A stretch of 61,880 bases of DNA, filler included, from Tortispora ganteri (taxonomy: Eukaryota): NCBI GenBank assembly GCA_003707115.1. It is 3 parts of 3 records of this genome, joined end to end, with 100 filler letters (N's around TTAATTAATTAA, not from the genome) between each part and the next. Parts side by side here need not be neighbours in the genome. Positions count along the whole stretch, not along the records: positions 23,245 to 45,512 come from PPNB01000045.1; positions 45,613 to 61,880 come from PPNB01000048.1; 1 more part is not named here. One strand, given 5' to 3'. Made by a program: the position numbers and the translations under genes. Under the pieces are notes generated by a model, which was given only the letters and a program-made list of their open reading frames with translations, did no database searches and was not told the DNA's origin. Below, piece after piece: positions 42,828 to 54,751 of the stretch. Every line of letters starts with the position of its first letter. Position 1 is the stretch's first letter.

Positions 42828-43439
42828 CTACTTCTTAGCCTGAATACGACGTAAATAGAAAGCAAGCTCTTCGCCTTCCAGGATGTATCCGTCGCAACGT
42901 CCGCTCTGGCCGGGGCGAGAAGAGATTACAGCGTAAAGACGGCCGGCACCGAACTGCGTCTCGATAGCTTGCTCGACAGTGGCGTCTTTTTGACGAGCAG
43001 CGAGCTTGCGCTCAACATGCTTAGAGCGGGTCTCGGGAGCATTTTGGAGCTCTTGCTTGACACCGCGCTTCTTGCCAATAGCGGTACCGTAGTGGGTCTC
43101 GTACCATTGACGGAAAGGAGTAGCGTCAATCTGGACTACGGCAGCCTTTGTCAAGGTATTTGTACGGATCAACTCATTGTTCGAAGGATGGAATGCGACA
43201 GAAACAATACGAGTCTTGCGGGAAACTCCCTCAGATCCCCAAGAGAAGTTGCCGGTATCGACACGAAGGGCTCTGAACTTCAAATTTCCACCGCGAGCGC
43301 GGACGCTGTGAATACGTTTAGCACCGATCTTAGTGTTGGCGGGTTGACGTCCCAACTCGAACTTTCTGTTCTTGCGGAAGGTAGCTCTCTTGGCTCCAGT
43401 AGCGGAACGCTTGTGACGAGAATCTCGTGAAATACCCAT
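42828..43439 (-). CDS. RPS8: 40S ribosomal protein eS8
   Basis: MGISRDSRHKRSATGAKR, SSRPGQSGRCDGYILEG. Confidence 0.98.
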   Translation of the reverse strand: MGISRDSRHKRSATGAKRATFRKNRKFELGRQPANTKIGAKRIHSVRARGGNLKFRALRVDTGNFSWGSEGVSRKTRIVSVAFHPSNNELIRTNTLTKAAVVQIDATPFRQWYETHYGTAIGKKRGVKQELQNAPETRSKHVERKLAARQKDATVEQAIETQFGAGRLYAVISSRPGQSGRCDGYILEGEELAFYLRRIQAKK

Positions 43440-44960
43440 GTTGTATTATCGTTAATGGTTAAAGTGAACAAGCTATGTGCAAGTGCGTGGGTGTTTAGGT
43501 GAGTGGATTGCTCCCATTCCCAAAGTGTCTAGTGACTGTGCAAAACCCTATTGTTGTTATGCAAATAACAACCCTATTTCTTTTTAGATTTACCCTCCAT
43601 ACCTTGTTTCTATTATTCCAAGTTTATATGTTATATTTTGACTGTTTGACACTGATTTAGATATATACGTTTGCGATTTATTGGAATTATGACGGTTATA
43701 TGTATTTTGTATGATAACAGCCCATTTGTTACAGATAGCTATCGACCATGAGTACAATCTTTGTGTCATGATCAGGCTTGCCTCATTTACCTGGTATCAA
43801 CAGTACAGATCGTTCATTTTCTGGATTCTTGGAAGTACGTAGTCAGAAGTTAAGCGTCGTCGATATTTGTCAGCGGGTTGAATATCCTAAATCTTTAAGT
43901 TGATCAATAAAGAAACACTTGTGAGCATCTGCCATGATACGATATAGCGAATTTAATTTAGTAATGAGCTTGAGTTTGAACTGATTGTTGTTGCTTGTCA
44001 ACTGTGGGCGACTAAATGATGCGCTAAACTCACCCATTTGCATTTCCAATTTTAAATGCAGGTTTAATAGCCATAATGAGTTTCTTAAACTATGGAACTT
44101 CCTAGCTAATTTGCGATTAGCGTAGTTCGTTCTGAACTGTTGCAAAGTTGACCAATTCATTTTTCGCTATTGAAGTGCATAAGCTTGTAGTTTTCAGCTG
44201 TGTAACAATTCAATATTGTTAGAGTCTGTTCGATATTCATTGTCGGGAAGCTTAGTGAATGTGACGGAAATCTAGATATCTCAATAAGGACATATCCAGT
44301 TTGGATGATAATTAAGACATATTACATTCACAATTTCGACTGCCACAGAAATCGAGATTTATCTGTGCGAAACAAGGTGGATCTATAAATTGGTGTTTTT
44401 ATGAATAGCGTGACAAGGCACTAACCGGTGGCTAGTGTCGCGAAAGACCGGAAGACACAGCAGTTCAGAAACTGACCTGGGTGCGTGTTCGCACTGCACT
44501 AATAACAATAGAAGAGATGTACGTACACATTTATTAATTTCGGAATATGTTTACTTATACGTCCAATCAACGATGCTAAAGCGACAACGAATAGGCAGCA
44601 GCTATTTTAGAAACTATTCCCAATGCAGTAAATGGTAAGCGAACTAGATTTAGGCTATGATTTAATTAGACTAGGGGCTAGCTTATCTCTAAAACTGATG
44701 TAAAGTGCATTATTTATAAATGATTATTTAAAAATAATTAATGAATATAGAATCTAATATTTGCACGTATATAAGTAATTATCTCGCATAATACGTTGAT
44801 ATTTGGTTCTTTATTCATGTGACTTATAATACGGATTCTTTAGTTATATTACAACGTTATAACCCCCTTCTTTAATCAATGCTTATGTTTGACGCTAAAG
44901 GAATTTCACACTTAAATTAGTGTTAAAAAGCAAACTAAAAAAACCTTCATTCTTCAGAAT

Positions 44961-45512
44961 TTGTTATTAAATACCAATGATGAATTTCCCTTTACATCCC
45001 TCTTTAATTTCGCTACACACAGTATGCATACTGTAACTGATATCAAGACATTTCTCTGTGAACCTCCGGTAGAAACAACTACCGTTTACGGTCGCGTTTA
45101 TTCAAGCAGTTCGGGTGTCGTGACCGCTTACGACGCTAATTGTGATAAGGAAGTCATATCAACTGATGGCTGGTATTGTTGTCAATGTGTACCCACTGTT
45201 ATCAGCTATGTCCCCTGTCCTGACGACTACAGTCATTATGTATGGGGATTTTACGAGAGAATCGACATTTCTGTGAGTGTGAATATTGATATCAGTATAG
45301 AAGTCCCTGTAGTAGTGACCGTCGTCACTTCTACAATTGGTTCAACTGATACAATTGTGCCCCCTAGTACTACAACTAGTACTACAACTAGTGTACCCAC
45401 TAGTACTACAACAAGTACTACAACTACAACACAATCATTTGATTCAGACCTGTGTGTTTCTATTCCACCATACACTGCTGGTGTGGTATATGCTGCTGCA
45501 TATTATACCGAT
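44961..45512 (+). CDS. partial Thr-rich, Cys-containing surface protein (adhesin-like); start uncertain, truncated by gap
   Basis: open frame with a Cys-rich segment and TTTS repeats (about 45364-45430) running into the N linker; first ATG 45024 has no signal peptide. Confidence 0.5.
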
Positions 45513-45612
45513 NNNNNNNNNNNNNNNNNNNNNNNNNNNNNNNNNNNNNNNNNNNNTTAATTAATTAANNNNNNNNNNNNNNNNNNNNNNNNNNNNNNNN
45601 NNNNNNNNNNNN
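45513..45612. other. artificial contig linker / assembly gap
   Basis: N44-TTAATTAATTAA-N44. Confidence 0.97.
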
Positions 45613-45782
45613 ATGCTCACCAGATGTTACTTGTTACCATAGCAATTTACACTTTATTTCCTTTTTGCTATACTCCCACACCAGTGAATGTAAACACACA
45701 TTTGAACCACTCCTCTATCTTTATATTTCGCATTGCTCCGACTGCAACTACAGAATCAATAGCTACTTGCATTTTGATCCAA

Positions 45783-47933
45783 ATGACAACAATATTACAT
45801 CTAGATTCTTATGAATCAGATGACTCAATATCATCCTCGGACGGATCATTTATGCCGCCAGTCCTGAGCTCTTACGCTCAAGCTTTACTCGCCGACGGCG
45901 CAACTACAACAAGCCATAATGATCCGAACCAAACACTTGTTAATAATGATTTCACTCGCACCAATGTCTTAACAACTGCCTTTTCAAATTTACGAGATGA
46001 TCATAAGACCCCGGCGGCTTCGGACCACGGCCCTAACTCTGGCTCTTTATCGAAATCTCAGTATCGGCCCACTACTGTACGGATAAGGCGATTCGGCTCT
46101 TTACTTGGACCCCCTCAGCGCGCTTTACCGGATGACTCTAATAGCCCTGATTCAGATGCTTTTATGGGCGAAAGTCCTCCTCTAAAAAACAAAAATGGTG
46201 AATCCCATTCACTAACTACTCAAAAAATTGACCTCGCCAATCATGAGTCCCAACAACTCGAACGCCTAATGCCTCATGATTCTATACCCTCTTCTCGTTC
46301 TTTTAAAAGCGTTTCTTCTAGTATATTAGAATGCGAAACAGATCTGCCTGCAGTAGTAGGGCCTACTGCTGCTTCTTGTGCTACTCTTACAATGAAGGAC
46401 TTCCATGACACACTCAAAAACTCACAGACCGCTCCTAAAGGAAATGAATTCAAATCACGAATTCAACTCACAAAAAAAACCAATTCTCCGAATTATGATT
46501 CCAAAGATCATCAATTACAGCAATCATCAAGTCAAAACTCCGACGTTCATGTTGGTAATTCCAAAGAGAACTCATTTCTCGTTCCCCTACCTCCAATCAA
46601 TCAGCCTTTAAGCACTTCCGAGACCACACAATCTAGAGCTGAATATAGGGCTGGTGCTCCGTCTGCTTTTGATACTTTAACTTTTAGAGCACACGACCCT
46701 GATCAGATTCGAAATAAAAACCCTCATCGCTCCACATCTCCACCACAACGATCTCGAAGTCATCTAGGAAACTTGGATCCCTCTGCTCTCAACGTTTTAC
46801 CTGAAAAGAAAACTATATATAATGAGAAGCCACGAAATGGGTTTAATGCATTAAATACCTTGCGATCACATGCATCTTCCACTGCTTCATTGGTACCGGA
46901 TGATGTACACCAAGATCAATATCAGCATGCTGCCCCACTTTCAGCGCCCATACATCATGAAATAACTGAGCAGAAAAGACATGGTTTAATAACCGTGAAT
47001 AAGAACGTTTACCACCGCCTGGACACCATGGGCAAGGGCGGTTCAGGTAGAGTATATCGGGTACAAGGTCCGAACGGAAAGTTGTATGCATTGAAAAAGG
47101 TTTCTTTCAAAGGACAGAGTCCCGAAGCTATAGAAGCATTTAAAGGAGAAGTCCGCCTTCTCCGAGAATTAAGGACTGTCAGCAGAGTGGTCAAACTAGT
47201 TGATTTTGAAATTTCTAGAAGTGCCATCAACGTTGTGATGGAGTGCGGTGATACAGATATGAACACTTTACTTGCTTCCAGGCTAGATAAGCCTCTGAAC
47301 GTTAATTTTGTTCGATACTACGCACATGAGATGTTAGAATGTGTATCGGCGATACATGAAGCAGGAATAGTGCACTCTGACCTGAAACCAGCGAATTTTG
47401 TCCTCGTTAAAGGAGTTTTGAAGCTAATTGATTTTGGCATTGCAGATATTGTTCCAGATGACACAGTAAATTTGTCAAGAGACTCTCGACTGGGCACACC
47501 TAATTATATGGCACCAGAAATGTTATCTGCTGCTACTCCCATTGATGGATCAGCGGCACGTTTCAAACATGGACGGCCAGCCGATGTTTGGAGTTGCGGT
47601 TGTATAATATATCAAATGATATATGGACAGCCACCATATGGAGGGTACCACAGAGATCAGAGGATGAATGCTATATTAAACCCGGATATCAAAGTGGCTT
47701 ACGACGCGAGGACGAGAACTAATAGCGTCGTACCTATAGATGCGATAAATGTGGTTCGCGCGTGTCTATGTCGAGACCCAAAAGAAAGAGCTACCGCAAA
47801 TCAATTACTGACGCTTAAATTCTTTAGGCCTCAAGATACAGTCGCACAGATTCAAGAACTGTTAAGGAATATCGATTCCAATACTTCAGCAATTCAGATT
47901 GCACAGTGTTTAAGACGAATGGTGGAGCAGTAA
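45783..47933 (+). CDS. MPS1: spindle-checkpoint kinase Mps1/Mph1
   Basis: GKGGSGRVYRV, HSDLKPANFVLVKGVLKLIDFGIA, GTPNYMAPE, N-terminal LGPPQR; probable ATG 45783. Confidence 0.9.
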   Translation: MTTILHLDSYESDDSISSSDGSFMPPVLSSYAQALLADGATTTSHNDPNQTLVNNDFTRTNVLTTAFSNLRDDHKTPAASDHGPNSGSLSKSQYRPTTVRIRRFGSLLGPPQRALPDDSNSPDSDAFMGESPPLKNKNGESHSLTTQKIDLANHESQQLERLMPHDSIPSSRSFKSVSSSILECETDLPAVVGPTAASCATLTMKDFHDTLKNSQTAPKGNEFKSRIQLTKKTNSPNYDSKDHQLQQSSSQNSDVHVGNSKENSFLVPLPPINQPLSTSETTQSRAEYRAGAPSAFDTLTFRAHDPDQIRNKNPHRSTSPPQRSRSHLGNLDPSALNVLPEKKTIYNEKPRNGFNALNTLRSHASSTASLVPDDVHQDQYQHAAPLSAPIHHEITEQKRHGLITVNKNVYHRLDTMGKGGSGRVYRVQGPNGKLYALKKVSFKGQSPEAIEAFKGEVRLLRELRTVSRVVKLVDFEISRSAINVVMECGDTDMNTLLASRLDKPLNVNFVRYYAHEMLECVSAIHEAGIVHSDLKPANFVLVKGVLKLIDFGIADIVPDDTVNLSRDSRLGTPNYMAPEMLSAATPIDGSAARFKHGRPADVWSCGCIIYQMIYGQPPYGGYHRDQRMNAILNPDIKVAYDARTRTNSVVPIDAINVVRACLCRDPKERATANQLLTLKFFRPQDTVAQIQELLRNIDSNTSAIQIAQCLRRMVEQ

Positions 47934-48470
47934 ATTATGCGCACACTAATTGATGCAAAAATGAATATATATATTTGGAGCATGATGCGAAAGCTTAATA
48001 CCACACAAACTCATTCTCTCTCTCTCCGCGCATCGCGATTAGCTTTAGCGTCTGGTATAATTCAATAGCGCAACGACCATCAAAGCAGCTGCTATTAGAT
48101 CAGCTAAATGCGGCCAAACTAAGGTTTGTTTATTCAAAGAATGACTTCCGCGGCACAAACATCAATTTTCAAGTGTTAACAAGCAGAAGATCGCATATCA
48201 TCGAGGCAAACTAATCCCACAAACACATGATAACATGACAACGATAAATACAAGCAGAAGGTGTATCAATTATATAAAAGAAGTACGCGATTCTGGGGAA
48301 GTTTACCTGAAATCCACTGTCATAATGCTAAACTCTCCTTTTAGGCTCAATCTACTCCCCTATCACGTGCTGAAGGTCGGATTATCCTTAATAAGCTCTA
48401 GTCCCGCAAACTAAATATACTATATAATTATACCCTTTTAGTTTCCTTATCTTACGATCTTCAATTTTAC

Positions 48471-49789
48471 ATGAAAAAGCATCTTGTCGTATTTCACCAT
48501 GGGTAAGTCAAAAAGAGGTGCGATCTGTTTATGCAGCACTATTCGAAAAGCGTTCATTCTAACTTCCGGCACATAGTTTATGGGGTGTACCTAACCATGT
48601 TAAAGCCTTGGAGGAAACGCTGATAAAAGCATTTGGATCAACCGGCCAACTCGATACTCTAGTGATATCGGTCAATGCTGGCATTTACATGTACGACGGC
48701 ATTGAACTCTGCGGAACCCGTTGTTACCAGGAAATCGCAGCTTACCTTGACTATAACGAATACGACCGCATATCTCTTGTTAGCTATTCTCTTGGAGGTC
48801 TTGTCGCCAGGTATGCTATTGGTTTGATGTATGAAAATCACTTATTTGAAAATATAAAAGCTATGAACTATGTCTCATTCGCGAGTCCGCACCTTGGAGT
48901 CTCGGAACATGCCGAAATTGCCGCATTCACCTGGCTTCTAAAAGCGGGTAAAGCTACGCTAGGAAAAGCCGGTCAAGATCTATTCAATGTATCAGACATA
49001 ATATTGAATATGACTGAACCAGACAGTATATATATGAAGGGTTTAGCAAAATTCAAAAAAAGAATTGTTTACGCCAACGTTATAGGCGATATTCTTGTAC
49101 CTTTTTGGACTGCCGCTTTTGAGGACAAAGTGATATTTGGTAGCGACGTTCATAAAGCGCGAATAAAATACATCGAAGGTGCTAGCCCTGTATTAACTAG
49201 TTTATCTTTCCCTGTATACAAACTTCGTTCCAAGCCTCAGAAATTCAAGGATGATATCATAGGAGACAAAATGTATAAAGCTCTTACCTTAGCTCTCTTC
49301 TCAGGAGCATATGTCTTTATCACGCTTGCATCAGCTTTTTTAATACCTTTTAGTTTAGTTTGCAGCTGGTTATCTTACAGAAGGATAGCAGAATATCATC
49401 GTTCTAAGGCCTTAAAACACAATGCAGCCTCAATTGCTTCTACTGCTATAACTCCTGTCAAGCATCGACGTACAAGCTTTAACGATTTTGTCTCTCGCGA
49501 ACAGCTTGACGCAGTGGAAATTCTATCATCTATGGAACAGCCTTATCAAAGCGAACCTGATGAACGTGGTACAGACTGTCAAGGTGATATAATGACTCCT
49601 GCACCAGTAGAACTCACCGACAAACAACGAAGAATGAAAAAAAATTTGGATACATTAAAATGGGAAAAATATGCTACTTTTTTCTGGAAAATAAAAAGGA
49701 CACATCTGGCGATAATTAACAGGAACAATGTTTCTAATCCTGCTAACAAGCCTGTCATGGATCACTGGATTTCTATTTTCCAATTATGA
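48471..49789 (+). CDS. DUF676 putative serine esterase/lipase; exons 48471-48502 and 48577-49789
   Basis: 74-nt intron 48503-48576 (GTAAGT..TTCTAAC..TAG) restores HLVVFHHGLWG; YDGIELCG, SYSLGGLVARYAIG, FASPHLG, YAN. Confidence 0.88.
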
Positions 49790-49866
49790 GTCCAATGCCA
49801 CTACAACTCTTACTGCATTCTTTAATCTCTAAATCAATCTTATAATTCTTATAAAAAACATCAAAC

Positions 49867-52002
49867 TTAAGTCTGCAGTTCCACATATGCAGCAGGGAAC
49901 AGCTTCTTTTCCCCACCGGTGCTGCCAAGCCACCAATCATCGTCAACAAATTCAATACTTTCAATGATATCACCCTCCTTAAATGTCAATTCGTTGTCTT
50001 CATCTGCCTCGTAATCATATAACGCAGTAGCAGAAGGTCCACTTGAAACCGATCCAGTCGCCGCCGTTGGTGCTACAACAGGTTCAGGAATTGTCACAGA
50101 ACTGGAAACTAGCTCAACAAAATTAGAAGGAAAAAGTCCTTCGTCGCCAGCAGCATTTCGTCCTGACCACCAATCGTCATTGGCAAACTCAATATCGGTG
50201 ATAGTTTCTCCTTCAGCAAACGATATTTCATTTGACTCTGCGCGCTCGTATTCGTAAAGTGCAATAGCAGTGGTTCCAGACGCTGATAAAGCATTATCGG
50301 CATATGTTGTTGTAGGCTTTGGTTCTGCCTTCGACTCAGGCTCAGTCTCAGGTTCAGTCTCGGGCTCGGGCTCGGGCTCGGGCTCGGATTTGGTGACAGG
50401 GGGGATAAAAGCAGGAGGTAGATTACGACGTGGTGGCGCGGCATCATCTTGCCGCAAAGGTAATCTCGGTGGAGCTTCGTCACGGGGCGGAAAGGCGGGT
50501 GGTGCATCTTCTCTTGTTGGCAGCGCAGGTGCATGATCTTCCGCGTCATTGTCTTTTTCCCCCTCTTCCTCGTTCAATTCTTCTTGCCTCTGAAAATCTT
50601 CTTCTGACGCTTCTGGTGAAAAGGTTCTCTTAGGAAAGCTTGGAGGCGGAGCTCCACCAACATTCAATTCTTTTAGTCTATCCTTAATGCTAGAAACGGG
50701 TGCCTCTTCTTCAAAATCATTATCAGACATACTGTTTTCTGCTTTAGAGTCAGAGTAGACTTTAGAGGGCACGTATGATTGCGATTTAGCAGAAGGAAAC
50801 GAGTCAGCAAGAGATGACTTATTAGAAAACTTATTTTTAAGTTGAGAAACAGATGTATGTCCAGAGTTTTCTGTCGATTCGCTGTCATCGTTATCAAAAG
50901 AACTGGACCTGATAACATCTGTAGGAGTTAAAGAAGATGCAGGCCCTGATGAAGCAGCGTGTTTCTCGGCCCATATCTGAGCAGGGGTTTTACCGCCTTC
51001 GTTAGCAAAATTTCTTCCAGCCGAGTTAACAGTGCGATTAGAAGACGGTGCAAATGAGCTCGCAGGCAATGGAGCTTTTGTTCCGAAGGATGAGGTTGGA
51101 TTGTAGCGAGAGGTAACAGAGCGCGAAACAGTGGGCTTTGGAATAGATGATAGACGACCTGTTCCCGAAAATACGCTTATACGATCTTTGACCGGCGCTC
51201 CTGAAGTTGACAGGTCGTCATTTGGCTTCTCGGGATCCGCTTTTTTAGTTGGTAAAGTTTCCTCTTTCACTGGAGCAGGTACATCCTTTTCCTTTGGTAG
51301 CGTAGGAGGAGTTTTTGGTCTCGAGTAAGTAGGTTTCGGAGGTCCCGAGACAGGAGTCGAATCAACAGGAAGGTCTTTCGCTGATTTCAAAGAAGTGATA
51401 TCGACTTTAGTTGGCTTGTATGCAGGTTTTGGTGGAAGCAGAGTAGTACGGGATGGAGCAGGGGCATCACCCCACCCATCGTCATCTCCGTCGACATTAC
51501 TAGATTTGTCAGAAGACGGAGCGGTTTCCGGGTACTTTGGTTTTGTATGAACGGCTTTACCGCCGGATTGAGCGGTTAAGTGAGAAGCAGAATATTTTGC
51601 ACCCGACGCAGAGTCAATTTTCTTGTAAATTTCTTGCAAATCAAGATCGTCTTCGGATCTAGCGGTAACTTGTACATGGTAGCCAGAAAGGACTTTAGCA
51701 ACTGCGGCTGAGTTAGCAGCAAAGTAGCCTTTGGCACGGACTGGAACACCTTCTCCACACCACGAAACTAAAACAAATTTCGTTAAACCAGAACCAGAGT
51801 TTGTTACTCTAGCAAATCCATATTGGATTTTTCCATCGTCGTACTCCTGCAAAAAAAGGTCTAAATCAGAGCTTTCGGTCGCTTGGACTTTCAAGATACC
51901 ACCTTCAACTGCATAGACCACCCACTCTTTTTCACCAGTTACGACGTCATTGTAAGCTCTTTTTATTTCATTTCCAAATCGCGAAAAGTCAATAGTTGCC
52001 AT
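49867..52002 (-). CDS. ABP1: actin-binding protein Abp1 (ADF-H domain plus two SH3)
   Basis: KFVLVSWCGEGVP, YHVQVTAR, GKTPAQIWAE, two SH3 domains (ALYEY, ALYDY). Confidence 0.92.
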   Translation of the reverse strand: MATIDFSRFGNEIKRAYNDVVTGEKEWVVYAVEGGILKVQATESSDLDLFLQEYDDGKIQYGFARVTNSGSGLTKFVLVSWCGEGVPVRAKGYFAANSAAVAKVLSGYHVQVTARSEDDLDLQEIYKKIDSASGAKYSASHLTAQSGGKAVHTKPKYPETAPSSDKSSNVDGDDDGWGDAPAPSRTTLLPPKPAYKPTKVDITSLKSAKDLPVDSTPVSGPPKPTYSRPKTPPTLPKEKDVPAPVKEETLPTKKADPEKPNDDLSTSGAPVKDRISVFSGTGRLSSIPKPTVSRSVTSRYNPTSSFGTKAPLPASSFAPSSNRTVNSAGRNFANEGGKTPAQIWAEKHAASSGPASSLTPTDVIRSSSFDNDDSESTENSGHTSVSQLKNKFSNKSSLADSFPSAKSQSYVPSKVYSDSKAENSMSDNDFEEEAPVSSIKDRLKELNVGGAPPPSFPKRTFSPEASEEDFQRQEELNEEEGEKDNDAEDHAPALPTREDAPPAFPPRDEAPPRLPLRQDDAAPPRRNLPPAFIPPVTKSEPEPEPEPETEPETEPESKAEPKPTTTYADNALSASGTTAIALYEYERAESNEISFAEGETITDIEFANDDWWSGRNAAGDEGLFPSNFVELVSSSVTIPEPVVAPTAATGSVSSGPSATALYDYEADEDNELTFKEGDIIESIEFVDDDWWLGSTGGEKKLFPAAYVELQT

Positions 52003-52251
52003 TGAGTTAAATAGTGGCGTATATTTCGAAAAACAGAAGTGCTTTTCTAGTACAGGTCGGGGCTACAGGGCAGGAAGAGACTACGTAAGCTCGCCCTTAA
52101 CCTTCAGATCATAGGTATATTGCATACCCTCAACCCTCGGTTTTGAGTTTGTTTAACTATCGTTCTCGTCTAAGAATATAGTCTTGAGCTTCGAACAAGG
52201 CAGTCATTAAGACAAGCAGTGTAAATATTCCAAACATAATCTGCGACGGCT

Positions 52252-53895
52252 ATGTCGCCCAGAAAACGCGCTCGGTCGGCTACTCAACCGAGCGTTTTGT
52301 CTTTACTGAAAAAGAGTAGCTTGTCGTTTCCGAGCACCAAGAAGGTCAAAGCTGCAGCTATTTCGACTACTGGTGAAAAATATCCTGGAGAGCTTAAAGA
52401 TGACCCCATTTCAGATAATGAAGATGATAATGTAGTGGGTATCAAGCAGTTTATTGGTAGCAACGAAATGAAAAACGACCTTTGGGTACACAAGTATGCA
52501 CCATCAATGAGCTCTGATCTGGCTCTGCATTCGAGGAAGTTAAAGGATACTAAAGAAGCATTCAATCTATTATTGAGCGGCTCTATCAACTTATTGGTTT
52601 TGTCTGGCCCTTCTGGTGCGTGCAAAACTGCGACTCTTAAGGCCTTAGCTACAGAACATGGAAGGGAAATAATAGAATGGACAGAAGATGCGATATCATT
52701 TTCTGATTGGTGCAGATCTACTAGGAAGTCGTCATTACAAATCGGTGTTGCTACCACAGCAGATCTCAAATCTTCTACTTATACTTCTTTCTCTAAACCC
52801 TCTAAACTTCCAATAAAGCTGGTTGAAGACTTACCATTAAGCGCCTACTCGAATCTCGAATCAGAACGATTAACTCGCTTTCAGGCGCCTATTATTGAAC
52901 ACCTAGAGGCTGGATACCCTGGTCCTATGGTTATTATCATAACCGAAATTGAAGGTGAAAGTGATCGATTTAACAGCGTTAATTCAGAACGAATACTGGG
53001 CTCAAGGATATTGAATCATAGATTATGCCGCTCGATAAAATTCAACAAGGTAGCAAAGACCATCGCCACCAAGGCATTACGGAGAATTTTGATCTTAGAG
53101 AAATGGTCAAATAAGAAAATAAAAGACACAGACGATATAATATCTGGGTTGTCGAATATTGGTGATATCAGGAATGCTGTAAATGGTTTGCAGTTTTACG
53201 CACTTTCCCCGAAGGTATTTTCCGAACTGTTTGCTGAAGGAATCATAGAAGGAAGAGAATCATACTTTGGATTATTTCACTCTGTCGGTAAGATAGCCTA
53301 TTACAAGCCTGAAGAATATAGTGACGGCAAAATGCTAGATGTTGAATATGTTATGCAGGCACTGTCTGCCTATATATTTGAAGATATGGTGTTTGAGAAC
53401 TATGCGATCACCAATCCTCCTATCGAGAGTTTGGCTTTGATGGCTGAAAATGCTTCAGCCTCTGATATAATGAAGAAACCTAGTTCAACCGAAGTTTTGT
53501 GTTTAGGTACCGCTGCTGGTATTGAAATGTGCAAAGATACGAGGTCAAAACGGCAGAATATAAATGCGAATGGATACGCAGATGCACGTCTGTATTATAC
53601 CAGATCAGGAAATATGAGAAAGCTATATAACAAACGCAAACATTTTATCCAAATGAAAAGGATGGAAAGCGTTGAAACGATGAGTCTGGGATTTGAAGAA
53701 TTCAACTTGAGCTATCCTCACAATAGGCGATTTCAGCCAATGTTGGCAGGATCTGCTAACAATATGTTAGAAGACATTGAAGAAAGTCAAGAGATCGTTG
53801 AAAGAGAACAGAACGATTCTAATAGCATTAAAAATATTACGTGGAAGAGTGAAAAACTTATGCTATCTGATGATGAGATTTCAGAAAGCGAATGA
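52252..53895 (+). CDS. RAD24: checkpoint clamp loader Rad24/Rad17
   Basis: WVHKYAP..LALH..K, GPSGACKT, VEDLP, IKFN, GDIRNAVNGLQF, LFHSVGKI. Confidence 0.88.
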   Translation: MSPRKRARSATQPSVLSLLKKSSLSFPSTKKVKAAAISTTGEKYPGELKDDPISDNEDDNVVGIKQFIGSNEMKNDLWVHKYAPSMSSDLALHSRKLKDTKEAFNLLLSGSINLLVLSGPSGACKTATLKALATEHGREIIEWTEDAISFSDWCRSTRKSSLQIGVATTADLKSSTYTSFSKPSKLPIKLVEDLPLSAYSNLESERLTRFQAPIIEHLEAGYPGPMVIIITEIEGESDRFNSVNSERILGSRILNHRLCRSIKFNKVAKTIATKALRRILILEKWSNKKIKDTDDIISGLSNIGDIRNAVNGLQFYALSPKVFSELFAEGIIEGRESYFGLFHSVGKIAYYKPEEYSDGKMLDVEYVMQALSAYIFEDMVFENYAITNPPIESLALMAENASASDIMKKPSSTEVLCLGTAAGIEMCKDTRSKRQNINANGYADARLYYTRSGNMRKLYNKRKHFIQMKRMESVETMSLGFEEFNLSYPHNRRFQPMLAGSANNMLEDIEESQEIVEREQNDSNSIKNITWKSEKLMLSDDEISESE

Positions 53896-54007
53896 CAGAG
53901 GGACATACAAGGATAAAATTATGAACATTTTTTACATGATTAGTAGACTAGATGACTGAAATTGCCATTGCGATAGTTGTTGCTGATATTTCACTTATTG
54001 ATAAACA

Positions 54008-54751
54008 TTATGCTACCTGCATGGTTTTAAAGAAATCCGGATCTTGCTCCAAAGAATCTTTTATGATATCTAATCCTCCAGCAAGTTCTCCATTAATATA
54101 TAACTGGGGAAATGTGGGCCAATCCGAGAAGGTCTTAAGACCTTGGCGTACAGCATCGTCCTTAAGGATGTCAAAGAATCCAAACCGTATGTTGTGTTCT
54201 CGTAAGATGGCCACTAGTTGTCTTGAAAAGCCACACTGAGGTGCAGCCGGGGTGCCTTTCATGAAAAGCATCACTGGAGCAGCTTTTACTAGTTTCGCAA
54301 GACGAGCATTGAGCTGTTCAGGAGTTTCCTCTGATACTTCATTTGTATTGTGCGTTAAACTGGGATCGGAGGGAGCTGAAGAAGAAACAGTATCGGAGTT
54401 CGACGTAGGAGCTGTGTCGGACGAGTCTCCTTTAAGTGCTGCTTGAAGACCATTTACAAGCTGCTTGGGATCAGCTCCAGACACTTCCTTTATAATAGTT
54501 CTATTTTGTAAAAAGATAAAATAGGGTACCGCAGAGACGTCAAATGCTTCCGCTATATTAGGCAGGGCATCGGCGTCTACAGATACAAATACTACGTCAG
54601 GTGTGGTCTGAGCAATCGAGGCAAATACATCTCCAATGGGCTTGCAAGGAGCAGCCCAGTCTGTGAAAAAGTTCACAGCTATGAGTTTATCCGGAAACTC
54701 GCTGAGTATCTGCTCAAATTGATCATCTGATTTAATCTCTGTTACCCCCAT
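54008..54751 (-). CDS. GRX3: multidomain monothiol glutaredoxin (Grx3/Grx4)
   Basis: thioredoxin-like WAAPC domain plus CGFS glutaredoxin domain, WPTFPQLY; ATG 54751. Confidence 0.93.
   Translation of the reverse strand: MGVTEIKSDDQFEQILSEFPDKLIAVNFFTDWAAPCKPIGDVFASIAQTTPDVVFVSVDADALPNIAEAFDVSAVPYFIFLQNRTIIKEVSGADPKQLVNGLQAALKGDSSDTAPTSNSDTVSSSAPSDPSLTHNTNEVSEETPEQLNARLAKLVKAAPVMLFMKGTPAAPQCGFSRQLVAILREHNIRFGFFDILKDDAVRQGLKTFSDWPTFPQLYINGELAGGLDIIKDSLEQDPDFFKTMQVA

Noticed and set aside
44977..45040. ATGATGA...CTGA possible C/D snoRNA
   Set aside because: Too short, no recognisable rRNA complement, no terminal stem, and inside an ORF.
52603..52629. Non-canonical Walker A (GPSGACKT) in Rad24
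   Set aside because: Rad24/Rad17 P-loops vary at this position, so it is not evidence of inactivation.
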